Shown here: positions 12,851 through 25,462 of the stretch, one piece after another
Numbering within the stretch: position 1 is the stretch's first letter
How the letters are laid out: each line of letters opens with the position of its first letter
Assembly (NCBI RefSeq): GCF_000143415.4
Contig: NW_003314320.1
Coordinates: forward strand, 124,001-188,000
DNA: 64,000 bases
From: Selaginella moellendorffii
Taxonomy: Eukaryota; Plantae; Lycopodiophyta
Reading direction: 5' to 3'
Made by a program: the position numbers and the translations under genes
The notes under the pieces: generated by a model
Seen by the model: the letters and a program-made list of their open reading frames with translations, nothing else
Database searches by the model: none
What the model was told of the DNA's origin: nothing

Positions 12851-13786
12851 CCCGAGGAGGAAAAGCTCGTCGTGGAAATGCAAGCCAAGCTCGGCAAAGT
12901 GGGCCAAGATCGATGCCTGGCGCACTGACAACGATGTCAAAGACTTGTGGAGTAACAGGCAGAAGAGGCAGAAGAGGGCACTGCAGCGGCAAAGGCGACT
13001 GCTCCGGCCTCGACTTGCACGACATGAACAAGGAGCCCCTCGACGAGTTCTCTGCATTCCAGGTAAGAAGAAAAGCCACACTTGTAACTTAATCTTCCAG
13101 CCATCTCGCAAGCCTGTAGAGCTGAAACGAAACTAACGAAACAGATAGAAAGAGAATGCTACGCACTGTAAGGAAATCCCCCCTCCAAGAAGGGACCAAA
13201 GAACACGCAGAGATGCGAGAAAACCCTGACAGGTTGACTGGAAAAACAAAATAAAGAGCGTGCCTCGTTCATTGTTCACAGCCACAGTTGTTTTCTCGAC
13301 CGCACAGGTTCCGAGTCCTGCACGCTGCTGTCGTCGCCCTTCCAGAGCTTCGCCCGGCGTCTCTGTTTCGGGAACGAGGAGGAGGGCGACACCTTCCGGG
13401 AGCAGTCCAAGGAGTGGAAACCTACCAGGCAGAGCTTGCAGGCCTTCAGTGACTTGGAAGACATGGAAGTCGTCTGGATCACTGCAAAGTTGCCGGACAC
13501 GGATTTCTCAAACTCGAATGCCGCGGCAGCAGAAGTGGCAGCAGCGCAGCCACGACTGGAACCCCTGCAGCTCAACACCAACATCACCCAAGCCAGCAAA
13601 ATCAGCAGCAGCAGCAAGGTGGTGGTACCTTTAGAGAGCGGACTCTTCCTCTTTCATGGACGCATCTGGATGAAGGCACAAGAGCGGCAGCTTCTCCCAT
13701 TGCGGTGGACTGCCAGCAAACTGGCTGATACGTTGGATTCGCTCAGTCCTGCTAAGTTCGTCAGTATGTTTAGTCTAGTCGAGTGA
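12851..13786 (+). pseudogene. R2R3-MYB pseudogene, DUO1-like (R3 repeat and C-terminal region)
   Basis: Across small deletions it reads PEEEKLVVEMQAKLG/KWAKI/MPG/RTDNDVKDLWSNRQKRQKR; RTDNDVK...WS.RQKR matches DUO1-clade R3. No R2 repeat visible. Probable intron ~13063-13307, then a low-complexity exon. Confidence 0.7.
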
Positions 13787-14094
13787 TTTTCTTCTCCGAT
13801 ATAGCAGCTAGAGGCTTTTACCTGGTAGCCTTGTAGCGGTAGTAGCAATTTTGTTACATAGAGAGCAAAACTCTCTTCACCTAGAACAGCTAGAAGAACA
13901 GCACGATTCGATAGAGCTCAAACGTGGAGGAATGCCGAGAATGCGGCAAAAGGATCTAGCTAAGATTCGTCGCGGCGATTACCTTGGAAAGCGCGCTTAG
14001 CCGGCCTCGAAATACTTCGGGCCCTCCGACGTCCAAGAGCCCTAATCTGCCCAAGGCGCTAGGGTTTGTCACGCGCATTGGTCGCGCCTCCCCA

Positions 14095-15883
14095 ATGGCG
14101 GACGAATTCTCCTCGCCGGTAGCGCCCACCGCCAGCTCCAGCTTCACCAGCACCATCGGGATCGATCCAATGAGTAAGTGTCGTTCGCTCTTTCCAGCGC
14201 TCTCATCGATCTCGCGCTCGCTCGAAATTTCGAGCTCTTAGACACCGATTTCCTTCTTTTTTTCTTTTTTCACTTCGTTCCTTCCAGAACGGTTGAAGAG
14301 GATGCATACCAGACAACGCGAGCAGCTCGTTCTCACGAAGCAGCCGCTCACGACCACGAAATTCTTCCTGCTGGCCATGCTCCAACATCTGGGACGGATT
14401 TGGATCTACGCTGCGAGGCACAGATTCACGTTTCTCTTGTTCCTTTTTCTCTGCTTCGCGTCGGGATGCACACTGCTGGTGGTCGGAGGGTATGAGAAGG
14501 TATTTATTTCTCTTCTCCCATTCAAGCCTGCTCTTCATGAAAGCTCGATTCTTCTCTCGCAGGTAATGGAGGAAGCCTGGCTATATTTTCGTTTCGCTGT
14601 ATGGTGGATCGGCCTTGGAGTGGCTTCTTCGATCGGACTCGGTAAAGTTCCTGGATTTTTTTAAAAGGTTTCTCTCTTAAAGTCTTACGCGTTTCTCCAG
14701 GCTCGGGACTACACACGTTCGTGCTCTACCTTGGTCCTCACATTGCCATGTTTACGCTCAAAGCCACCCTCTGTGGACGCGACGACTTAAAGTCCGCGCC
14801 ATACGACACACCATATTTTGGAACGAGTGCCTCATGGGCGGACAAGGACTGTACGAGCATTGGAGCTCCCCAGTTTCCCCGGCTTGCATCCGAGCACGAG
14901 AGTTACATGGTCCCGCTCTACAATGTCTTGGTACAAGTCCAGCCCGAGGCAGTCTTGTGGGGGATTGGGACGGCCCTTGGAGAGCTTCCGCCTTACTTTG
15001 TTTCTAGAGCAGGTATCCTCATTTCATTTGCTTTTAAGTTTCGTGTCACTGACTTAGAAGGTCCGCAGCTCGGTTGTCTGGCGAGCGTCTAAAGGCTCTT
15101 GACGACATCGAGAACGAGTCCGCCACAAAGGATTCCTTGCTGACGCGAGTAAGGCAGTGGATGGTGACGAAAATCCAGCGGTTTGGATTTTTCACGATCT
15201 TGATTTGTGCTTCGGTATGTCTATATTATTTCTTTTTAGTGTTGCTTTTTGGCACGACTCACGCTCCGTTCCGCAGGTGCCGAATCCGTTGTTCGATTTA
15301 GCGGGAATGATGTGTGGGCATTTTCTTGTTCCTTTCTGGAAGTTTTTCCTGGCCACCTTATTGGGGAAGGCAGTCATCAAGACGCACATACAGGTACTGT
15401 ATCTTGACAGTAACAGAAAATCTCATTTGTGCACTGTTTGGCAGACGATTTTCATCATCTTGGCTTGCAACGCGCACTTGGTAGAGCTCATATTGGACTC
15501 GCTAACCTGGAGCTTATCTAAGGTGCCTACGTTCTCCTTCATCTTGCCGAGAATCAGGACCACTCTACAAGGTGCCCAGGAGAGCTTTCGTCACGGCCAG
15601 CAAGCGAAAGTAAGTAGTCTCTCCAAGATCCTTGGTACTGACAAGATTGAAGACGCAAAATCTAGTCTTGTTCCTCGGTACTGATGGATGTTGCTTTCAG
15701 TCCGGGCAGCCAAACATGGTCGCGTTCGCCTGGAACACCTTCGTGATGGTCATACTCATGGGATTCCTGGCTTCCATCGTGAATTCCACGGCGCAGGGCT
15801 ATCTCATGCAACGCCAGCTGCGAGAAATGGAGACGGTCGAGAAGCAAGAGGAGCAACAACAACAAGCTCCTCGTCAGGATTGA
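14095..15883 (+). CDS. VMP1: Vacuole membrane protein 1 (VMP1/KMS1-like), multi-exon
   Basis: [63 protein letters not shown]; GT-AG introns; stop at 15881-15883. Confidence 0.93.
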
Positions 15884-16578
15884 GTCCCAAGAACTCACTC
15901 ACTGACCCTTCTCCTCGAATTTTTTTCTCTCTCTCTTTCTTTTTCTCTGTTCTCCTTTTGGGAAGCTAACCAGCAGGCAGACTAGAAGAGGCAGTACCGC
16001 CAAGATCACTACTCTCTCCTTGATTCCTCGATTCCTTCGAACGACAACGATGACAATATCATAGCCATAGCAATTGTACATGAACACCACGATTCTTCTT
16101 ACTCGAACGATTCAATCAAAACGTTGACTTAGTTGACTAAGTCAACGAAAAACATTGACTCTAATGGTCAATGGACAATCGTGCGTTCGCATTGTATATT
16201 GTTGGGTCAACAGCACTGCCACGTGACCGTGGACCCACGAGGAAGCATTAAAATAGCACACTTCACATGACGGTCACATGGCAAATTATCCGTTAGCAAG
16301 CCTGGCCGTTGGATGGCGCGACAGCAGTCTCGGTTCGACGGTGGACGGGAGTTGCTTAGAAACCACGCCGCATTGCATATCGCTTTCGCCGCGTGCCGCG
16401 ACTTCAAGCGTTGGATGCGGGCTCGCGACGGTTGAGATGTGAATGACATGCTGACGGTTGATGGGTGCCGATCAACGGCACAGCTTTGCTTTCCACGATT
16501 TCCACGAACAGCAAAGAGCGGCAGTGTTTTAAAGAAGGAAGAAGGAAATCTCTTGTGATTTCCAGTTTGATCCTCGCT

Positions 16579-17078
16579 ATGAGCGCGCGCAGGCCGCCGG
16601 AAGAGACAATCTCCAGCTCCTACATTTTCAAGGTAGCAATTTGACTTAAAAATTTTGGAGCAGCCTTTTACTTGGATTTGTAGGTGCATTACTTGATCGA
16701 GAGATGCCTGCTGCTACATATGGATCAAGAAGAAACCATCGAAGCTCTGGCACAAGCGAATGTAGACCCAGCCATTGCTGAAATAGGTACCTCGAAAATC
16801 CATGAATAGTTTGATGATAATCCTCTTTTCTTTTCTTGTTCTTGCTTGGATCGCTAGTTTGGAATGAGCTCGTCAAGGCCAACACCGAGTTCTTCGCGCA
16901 CTACTTTCGAGCGAGAGAGGCCAAGCGCAGCAGCAGCAGACCCGCCGATTCTTCTTCCAGCCGGAGCAGCAGCCCAACACCGTGGAGCTCGAGTTTATCC
17001 GTACCAAACTTCTGTAAGGATCAAGGCTGCTTTAGTTCGGATACCTCTTCGGAGAAGCTTAGGAAGAATCGCGAATAA
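16579..17078 (+). CDS. A_thal_3526 (plant protein 1589) family protein, 3 exons
   Basis: Spliced MSARRPPEETISSSYIFK|VHYLIERCLLLHMDQEETIEALAQANVDPAIAEI|VWNELVKANTEFFAHY matches the family pattern V..LIE.CL...M...E...VW..L...N.EFF..Y. Confidence 0.85.
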
Positions 17079-17470
17079 AGACGATCTTTTTCGCGCTCCA
17101 GGCCTATAAAACCGCACGAATCCCCGTACCTGCTTGCGAGCATACTTTCCAGAGAGGAAAGAAATTTGTCTTTTGCCTGCATTAAAACGGGTAGAACAAA
17201 AAAAGGAAGTCGAATTTAAGAACCTACTTGGTCCCATTGCAGAGCAAAAACTGGCACATGTTCGAGAACGACTATTGTCCTGCACTCACAAACAAACTCG
17301 TGAATCACGAAGCGAAAGTAGCAATCGGTTCTCTTTTCTGATACTTGTACATGAGATTTACGCTTGGTCTGCAACACCACCATGGTTGTCATCAATATCA
17401 GCTTATTGTCACACACCTTTCGCTTTTTGCTAAATTATTCCAAGAGTCTCTTCGAGTTCTTGATCCCACC

Positions 17471-18575
17471 TCACGCATCCATTTGCGAGAGGGACTCGAG
17501 CAAAACCTTCTCGATCTGCACTATTCTCTTGCCGATGGACATGTCCACGAGCTTGTCCCCGACCTCCACGATACAGCCCCCTATGATGTCCTCGTTGATC
17601 TAAGCCCAAAAAAGTAGCTAACCGGTAAGAGCGCATTAGCAAGAGGGAATCGCGCATACCTTTGTCTCAATGATCGCAGTTTGTCCAGGCTCTAGCATCG
17701 TGTCCACCACATTCTTCTTTATGTAATCCAAATCGGAGGATGAGGGCTCCTGAAAGAGGAGAGAAACGAAAAACCACGCAAATGTTAATGCCAGCAACCA
17801 GGCTTCACTAGTACGTACATCTGCTGTGGTAATAAGCGTTCGTATACGCCCCCTGTGAGCGTCCATCACCTCGGCAAACGATTTCGCGATCCTTGGAAAG
17901 AGTTTGAACTGGCCATCCTCAGCTAAGATTGCTGCTCAAACAACCACAATCAGAAAAGACGAGAGAAAAAAAGGCAAACTTACTTAGAAAGTTCATGGTG
18001 ATCGTATGTAGATTGGAGTCACCAAAGACTTTCTTCACGGTCTCAATGCGGTCTTCCCTCTTCATGAAGATATCCTCCGCGAAAGCTTGAAACTCGGGGG
18101 ACTGCGCGACCGCGGCTGCGATCGCCCGCATTTCAGAGTCCACTTGGTCGGTAGCCTCGGCCCTCACAGCCGTCACATACAAGGAAGCAGCGTAGTTGCC
18201 ATGAACACCACTCAAGAGTTTCGGCATCTACAAGAAAGAAAAAAAGAAAAACACCATCCCTTCATGCAAGCCCAAAAGAGAGAGAAAAAAAATCTTCCTT
18301 ACCTTCACAGGAGGAGGTAGAGGAGGCAAATCCTCCTTGGCTTTATCAGCGAAATCCCTCGCATCCTAGCAATCGCAACCTACATTAGCTCGAGGAGCGG
18401 CAAGAAAGAAAAGGTAGCCTACCCGGCGAGAGAAAAGGAGTGCCGGACGAACAAGAGGCGATCTGTTGACACTCGCGACCTGCGACAAGAATCGAGTCAC
18501 TAGAGGCGCTGCTCGCTCCTCCTGCCGCGCGAGAATCGCCCACGCCCCGCGCAGCGCTCCCGCCGCTCGCCGCAT
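17471..18575 (-). CDS. ATP5: Mitochondrial ATP synthase OSCP (delta/O) subunit, multi-exon
   Basis: Basic transit peptide; GVHGNYAASLY; NFL|ILAEDG; last exon INEDIIGGCIVEVGDKLVDMSI...MDA*. Confidence 0.9.
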
Positions 18576-18792
18576 TGGATCGCTGTAGGTAGAAGAAACC
18601 CTAGCTCAGTTCTAGCTAGGGCAAAGTGAAATATTTCGAGCGGAGACGATGAATCCATGCGCGCCAGTGGTGGTAAGTAGCAAATCTCTCCCCTCTCCCA
18701 GCTCCTCCACCGATCTCACAATTCGTGCGTGGGATTCTTCCCAGGAATGATCGCGCCTCTCCCAAAATCTCTCGCGAGCGCAAAGATTTTCC

Positions 18793-19167
18793 ATGGAAGC
18801 CGACGCATCGTCGGCGCCAGCAAAGGCGCCGCCAGTGGACAGGAAGATGTGGGCGGCGTTCGAGCGGGGATTTAGCCAGGTCCAATTCCTGCTCGATCAC
18901 AACCGGCTCCTCATCAACGAGATCAACCAGAACCAGGAATCCAAGGTCCCCGAGAGCCTGTCCAGGAACGTGGTGCTCATCAAGGAGCTCAACAAGAACA
19001 TCGGCCAGGTCGTGAGCTTGTACTCCACCATCTCCTCCTCGTTCGTCAAGTCTTTCGAGAATTCGCAAGAGGGCGATTCCATCCCAGCGCCAGGGACCGC
19101 GAAAGCCATGGATTCTCCCGCCGCTGCCGCTGGAGCGGTGGGTCACAAGAGAGTTCGATCGTCATAG
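18793..19167 (+). CDS. ELF4-like: EARLY FLOWERING 4-like protein (DUF1313)
   Basis: Intronless; FSQVQFLLDHNRLLINEINQNQESKVPESLSRNVVLIKELNKNIGQVVSLY and C-terminal GHKRVR. Confidence 0.93.
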   Translation: MEADASSAPAKAPPVDRKMWAAFERGFSQVQFLLDHNRLLINEINQNQESKVPESLSRNVVLIKELNKNIGQVVSLYSTISSSFVKSFENSQEGDSIPAPGTAKAMDSPAAAAGAVGHKRVRSS

Positions 19168-19410
19168 CGAAGCAGCACTCTGGAAGAGCTGTGGAAGGAA
19201 CTTCTTTGATTCTTTTCCTCGCTGGGAGGAAGTTTTATACCAAAAGGAAAAGCTATGTTTGTAGCGATGCTGTGGAGTTTAAAAGGTTTTCTTTGTAGCT
19301 ATAATGATAAGAGGAAAAAATCCAACACCAGGAACTTCTACGCCTTCAAGTATAGTTTTCACACAATCCCCAACGAATTCGTTCTTCTCGCCTTGTGATT
19401 CCGATTTCTC

Positions 19411-20817
19411 TCAGAGGAAAACGTCGTTTTGCAAGAGCTGGACGATCTCGTCCTGATTGTTGAGCTTGGCAACGTCCATTGGAGTTTTGCTGTCCATGTT
19501 TCTTACAGTCCTATTGGAACAAGGAAAAGTTAGTCCAATCCAAGCGCGAAAGAACGAAGAGGCTTTCGAGACACTTACACGGCCGCTCCGTTCTTCAATA
19601 GCAGCTCCACGCATTCCTTCCGGCCGTAGCCACCAGCGTAATGCAATGGAGTGTTGTTGTTCTTGTCCACCGAGTCCACGAACGCCCCAGCCTCGAGAAG
19701 AGCTTCCGCGCATTTCAACTGGAAAGAGATGACAGATGAGTCGTGGAGGAGGAAATCAACTCAATCTATTTGCTTACCTCTCCGTATCCACAAGCAAAAT
19801 GAAGTGCTGTTCTCCCTTCCGAGTCTTTCTCATCCTTGTTTGCACCGTCTGCTAGAAGAACTTTCAACCCCTGGGTATGAAGAGCATGAGAAAAACAAAA
19901 TTATATAGAGAAAACTCAGGTACCTCAATGTCGCCAGTGCTAGCGGTGTGATGAAGGGTCAGTTCCTCCTCTTCCTCGCCCTCGGCTTCCGCTTCTTCGA
20001 CTTCCTCCCTTGGCAAGCCAAAGTGCTGCGGACCCCCTACTCCCATTGCCCGTCCTAGCTTGTTAAGAACATCGGGATCATTCCAGTACCTGGCAAAAGT
20101 TCACATCACAAAAGTCAGTCACTTGCACGAGTGAGAGAGAATAAGGAAAAGAGGATCGTACTTCATCATAGCTGCTGGGCCTCCTTGCTCGATCTCGTCG
20201 AGAACTGGCTTCAAAGCGGGATCCTCTCTGATTTGCGACATGCGTGCCTCGAGTTGCTCCTTATGAGCTGGATTAGTCATGTTCTGGAGCATTGCTGCCA
20301 TGGATGGATCCTGGAAAACAGAGAAACAAGAGCTTGAGACAATAGAGCTTCCAAACACTACCTGCATGAGAGCATTGCCAAGGCGCTCCGCCATGCTCAT
20401 GAACTGTGGGTTTTGCATAACTTGCTGCATTGCCTGGAAGTATTGATTCGTGTCGAGCTGTGGAACACCGTCTCCGGCGGTCTGGACGCTCTCGGATAGT
20501 TGCTGTGCCATGCGATTGAATGCCGGATCCTTGGCAATTTGCTCCGCCATGTCTTTGATGCTTGGATCCTGGCAAAAAAAAAGAAAAAGAGTGCAGTTCA
20601 AGAAAATTTCTAGCAAAACAGTATCTAGAAAGAACTAAAGCTTACATTCAACAAGCTCGTCATCGCCGACATGTCGAAAGCGTTGAAATCCGCCTGCGAT
20701 GAGGAGGACTCGGATTTCTTGTCATCCGCGGCCTTTTCTGCGAATCGCAAAGCAATGCCGAGTGAGAAATTGACCTAATCTATGCGCGAAACCCCGACCT
20801 GCTGGAGCCGACGCCAT
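19411..20817 (-). CDS. AKR2: Ankyrin repeat domain-containing protein 2 (AKR2-like), multi-exon
   Basis: [25 protein letters not shown]|YWNDPDVL, ankyrin repeats ([19 protein letters not shown]), end LLQNDVFL*. Confidence 0.92.
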
Positions 20818-21038
20818 GGCGCCGCGATAGAGACGATCCCCGAATTCGTGAGAAACAATCCCCGCCCTGCGAATCGCGCAACCCTAGCACTGCTCTCCCC
20901 GACGAAGCGGATAAGCCGGAGCCTCCAATCAACCCTAGAACAATGAAATCATATTGGGTAAAAGTAGTAAATAAATCTACCAAGAAATGTACCTGGGGTT
21001 AAAACTACTCCAAGCTTGCTGTCACTCACAGCCACACC

Positions 21039-21586
21039 ATGGCCATATCTTATCCCTTCCAAGGAGAGGATATTCGCCTCTTCGTGTCGTGTCACGAGGA
21101 AGAAATATGCCAGTTCCAGCAAATCTATCGATACGTCTTCGTTGCTTGCTTTGACAACGAGGTTCTTTTTTAATTTACAGCTTTTTACTAATTGACTTCT
21201 GCCTTTGATAGAAAAGAATTAAGAATATTCGGAATTGTTAAAATGTTTACTTGATTTATGTAAACTGCATCAACTAAAGCCAAAAGGACCGTCCTTTGTT
21301 TAGCGAACCTTTTGATTGCTTTACTATAAAGGTAGAACTAAGTTCTAGGGTTTACTTACACATGGAAAAGTCTCCAAGCCAAAAGCAAAAGAAAGAGTGG
21401 CGGACGAACGCATATTTCTATGCTTCCAAGGGCCAATACGTGAGGGCGATGATCTACGCCGAGCTGCTAGGGCAGCCTCCAGATATGATGGAGATCATGG
21501 ATCTCATCGCGCCAACCGAGCCGGACTTCTTCAAGAAGCAGTTCGAGCTATGCAAACACCCCCCGCTACCATATACCTACCCATGA
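21039..21586 (+). CDS. Hypothetical two-exon protein of about 125 aa
   Basis: Exon 1 MAISYPFQG...CFDNE joins in phase 0 through a GT-AG intron to VELSSRVYLHMEKSP...PLPYTYP*; no family recognised. Confidence 0.45.
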
Positions 21587-21588
21587 TT

Positions 21589-21770
21589 AAATCTATCATC
21601 CTTTGTAACTTCAAGTATAGACTATAGTCTGTTTCCAAAATCTATCACCTTCAGCCATGTTATAGTTTGTTTTCAAATCTATCATCCTTTGTACCTTCAA
21701 CTATGTTATAATTTCTTTTCAAATCTATCATCCTTTGTACCTTCAGCTATGTTGTAATCCATCATCTTGT
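21589..21770. repeat. Minisatellite of ~45-bp units, about 4 copies
   Basis: Repeated AAATCTATCATCCTTTGTACCTTCA.CTATGTTATA..T.TTTTC. Confidence 0.8.
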
Positions 21771-21943
21771 TTTAAAAATATATACTATTCCACGTGGCAA
21801 ACCATACAGGTGGAAAACGGTGGCCGGCTCAAGCAGCAAGCGCGCGCAAATTTTCCATCATTGTTCTCCTCCTTTTTTCTTGGGTTCACTCTCTCTCATT
21901 CTCAATCTCCATCTCTATTGTCTTGCAAAAGAGATTTCTAGCC

Positions 21944-23718
21944 ATGGCCTGGGACAATTGGGGAGCTCCTCCGCCAAAGAAGCGCTACTCCAAGAAGGAG
22001 CGCTTCCCAGTTCCATGGAGAAAGGTGGAGATCCCACGCAAGAAGGAGAGGAGGCGGCCCGCTTCGCCGCTGGACGACCACCTGGATCAAGCCAAGGTGA
22101 AGAAATACCGCAAGAACAAGAAGAAGCGGCTCCCGCACGACCCTCCCGTTGTGCCGGGGGAGATCTCGCCATGCAAGCCACTCTCGTATATCGGGTTCTT
22201 CCGCCCAAAGTTGGCCAAGCAAGCGGATGAAGAGGAGGAGCCAAATCCCCAAGGCCAGATCACCATGACCAAGCCTGATGCATTTCTGGATTTCTTCAAA
22301 CCCCTGCGCTGGATCCGAGGCTGTCCCGCACCCAGGAGTGTTGTTCATGCTCCAAAGCCGCCGCCGGATCCAAAGCTGGTTCCTCGGGTCAGGAAGAAAC
22401 GTGTAAGCCTCGATCTTAGGATTTTACATAAGAATTGATACGTGATCATCCATGCAGAGGAAATATAAGGTTCGTGGCTACAAAGTTAGGCGAGGATGGT
22501 ATTGCGAGCAAGTCGGATACAAGCTCAGGAACACACCTGTTGAGAATTTCCTGTGCTACTCATCCGAGGAGAAGGAGGTTGGAACCTAAATCTTTCTTGT
22601 GAGAATGTTTCTAAGGTAAACTCTTCTGAAGTTGCTCTCGCGAGATTGTTTGGCTGATTGCTTGCGTTGTTTTTCCCTGGAAAAGCTGGTCGAGAGGATC
22701 AAGGAGCGCAAGAGGAGGAAAGACGAGATCAAGTTTGAAAAGATGTATCGATCGTATTCCAGAGGCGCGGAGTACAAAAAGGGACACATACTGCGGCAAA
22801 TGGGCGATATGATCGAGCTGGTTGACGAGAAGCATGTCAAGAAGCTTGGGATCTTGTATGAGAAGTGGAGAATGCAAGTTTTCGAGCCCATACAGAGGCA
22901 GATCGAGGACGAGCTGAATAGAATGTCTCCGGATTACATCAAGGACAAGCTCAGTAAGAAATCTTAGACTTTCAGTTAATTCATTCATTTGCCAATTTGC
23001 AGGATGGTACCAGTATCAATACTGTTCGATAGCCAACAAGCAGATGATTTTGCGAGATTTTCCACGTCCAGATTATAATCCTTTCGAGCCCCTGGAGCAT
23101 ACAATTAAGTACAGCCTCAAGGATGTGGTCGATCCTTGCAAGCATGACATACGAAAGGTTGGTCTCCTTATTAGAATTTTATGGAGTTTTTCTTATTATT
23201 TGATATTAATTAAATTTCTGATCAGGAAAACAATGAGAAGAGATTCATGGGCATTCCCGTGTCCGAGACTCCGGTGACGAGATTTACACTGGGATTGGAA
23301 CATTATCCAGCATATCACTTTAGAGGTACTGTTTGGGGACATATTGAAGCCGATGAAGAAGATGGCTCAGAGATCGTCATCAAGCAACCAGAGTACGAGT
23401 TTAAGTTTTTAAATCGCAGATATGCTCTGATTTGTTTTTTCGTTTTTCAGGAAATATTATTCTCACGATTTGCTCTGGAACCAGAAGTTTGTTGGTCACG
23501 ATTACGTGAAAGCAGAGTTCCCACTCGGGCGATATGTAAGTTTTAGTAGAAGTTCTTTCTAACTTCTAATACTTTGCTGCTTCTATCTTTCCCAGATGAA
23601 TCCTTGCAAGGGAGTGTTGCCAGAGACACAGAAATTCAGGGAAAAACCTCAGGGTTTAGGCATGGTTTGGGACGTCGAGTGCCAAACTCAACCAAAACTC
23701 CGACTGTACTACAACTAA
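21944..23718 (+). CDS. Basic multi-exon protein, FAM228-like
   Basis: Exons splice in frame. Segments LYEKWRMQVFEPIQRQI, DYNPFEPLEHTIKY...DPCK and AEFPLGR resemble FAM228-family proteins (recalled, not searched). Confidence 0.55.
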
Positions 23719-23796
23719 ACTTCGTGTGTCCAAACTTAGTAATCTACTTCCAAAACTGCTGCTTGAATTTATCTATAAGATGAGAATCTCTTTTCT

Positions 23797-25419
23797 TTAC
23801 AAGGCATACGTTGTGTTAAGATACTTGATAATCTCCGAGCTTTCAAACATCTCCACACCGGTGTTGGGGTCTTCTAAGAAAGGAACCTGGGAAACAAAAG
23901 AGTGATTCCAACACCATTGTATCGAATTTATGAGTACCTGATAAATTCCAGTCCGTTCCAAGAGATAATTTCGTTTGGGACTTCCACGAGCGGCACTGGA
24001 CAGTGTAAAGTAGAGACTTAAAAAAGAGCTCTCGAGAGAAGAAAACACAAACTAGAGACTTACTTGTAGTAAACGTGAGGGAGCTCCAATTCAACCAGCC
24101 TTTCTCGTACGATCTTACAGAAAGGCGAAAGCTGCTCACAAAATCCAGCTTTAAGATATAGCTCTCTCTTTCTTTTTTGAGTTTTCAATTCACCTCGTAC
24201 GCCCAGATCTTTAGAGGCTTGTCTGGTTTTCTCGCAGGAACGTATTGGGATCCCTGGTTTGAAAACAAAAACCTGGTTTGTATCGTCAAAGTGAAAGACG
24301 TAAAAGTTTACCTTGCCTGCACGCCCAAGCATTGCTAATCCTGCTGTTAGAGTCTGTTATAATTTGATAGCAAATGAAAAGCCGGTGGAAAAAATATATA
24401 CACAATACATTACCGTGAAGAAACCCAGTGACAGCATAAAAGGCACCTTCCCATTCCCTGGAAAAACAATCGACGACAAACTAACAAGTCTATGGTATTT
24501 GAAAACAATTTACCGTATTTATCTACAAGGTACTTGATGATTTCATCCGATTCGTACATTGCAACATCCGTGTTGGGATCTACCTGACGAAAAAACAAAA
24601 CAAAAACGAGCATTTGATAGAAAGCTTAAAGTTTGCAAAGCTTACCATGTAAGGGAATTGCTTTTTACCACCAAGTTCGATAGCTTTGGGACGATAGGTT
24701 GGACCGTCTTTAGGACAGGGATAAAACAAGATGTCGAGATCCAGGATCGTAGCAGCTTCTCTGACCTATGAAATCAAACACACTTTTCTTCAGGCCTTTC
24801 CAATCGCTTGCAATCTGAGTTACCTTACGACAAAATGGACAACTAAGGAAAAAAAGAAACCATCAGTAAGCGATGAAAGAACGAAAGAAGAAAAAACGAA
24901 AGATTACCCTTCGAATTCATAGATTTGTATGGGCTGTTGTGGTCGAGCTCCTAGCACTGCAGTCTCCACGAGCTTCTGTCCTGATTTATTACCAAACTCT
25001 CTACAGATTATAAGAAAAAAAAAAAACTTTTTACCTCCAAAATCAAAGAGCGAGTACTGCGACGGTGGAACTTGCTCCTTGGGAACAAAGGATGCCTTGT
25101 AGCTATATCCAAGCATAGAAAATCAAATTAGAGAGTTTTTTTTTTCTTTCTCATACCCTTGGACGAGAGCTCCTGTTCCCAGACGAAGCGGCACTGCCAA
25201 GGAAGCGCCCAATATGTCGAACATTTTGTCATTCTCCACATGGTATCTCCTTGCCTGAAATTCTTTCTTGACAACGTCGATCGCGGAAGAAGCTTCTTCT
25301 TGAATTGCTACTCTGGAATCATCCTCGGACGCAGCGGCCACGAATCTGTGCCTGGATCTTCGCGATAATGTAAGACCACTTGGGATTCTGCCACTGCACG
25401 ATGCCATAGCCATCGCCAT
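23797..25419 (-). CDS. Plastid-targeted thioredoxin-fold / GST-N double-domain protein
   Basis: Transit peptide; IQIYEFEG|CPFCRKVRE; FPYMVDPNTDVAMYESDEIIKYL; second domain SPFCKIVRERLVELELPH and VPFLEDPNTGVEMFESSEII. Confidence 0.88.
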
Positions 25420-25462
25420 TGATAAAGATCTTCCTTTTTTCATTAGAGAAAAACTTATATAT

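Noticed and set aside
15013-15069. U12-type intron in VMP1 (donor GTATCCTC)
   Set aside because: The donor deviates from GTATCCTT and there is no TCCTTAAC branch site; a U2-type CTGAC is present.
21589-21770. CRISPR-like array
   Set aside because: The units are contiguous tandem copies without unique spacers, in a eukaryotic context with no cas genes.
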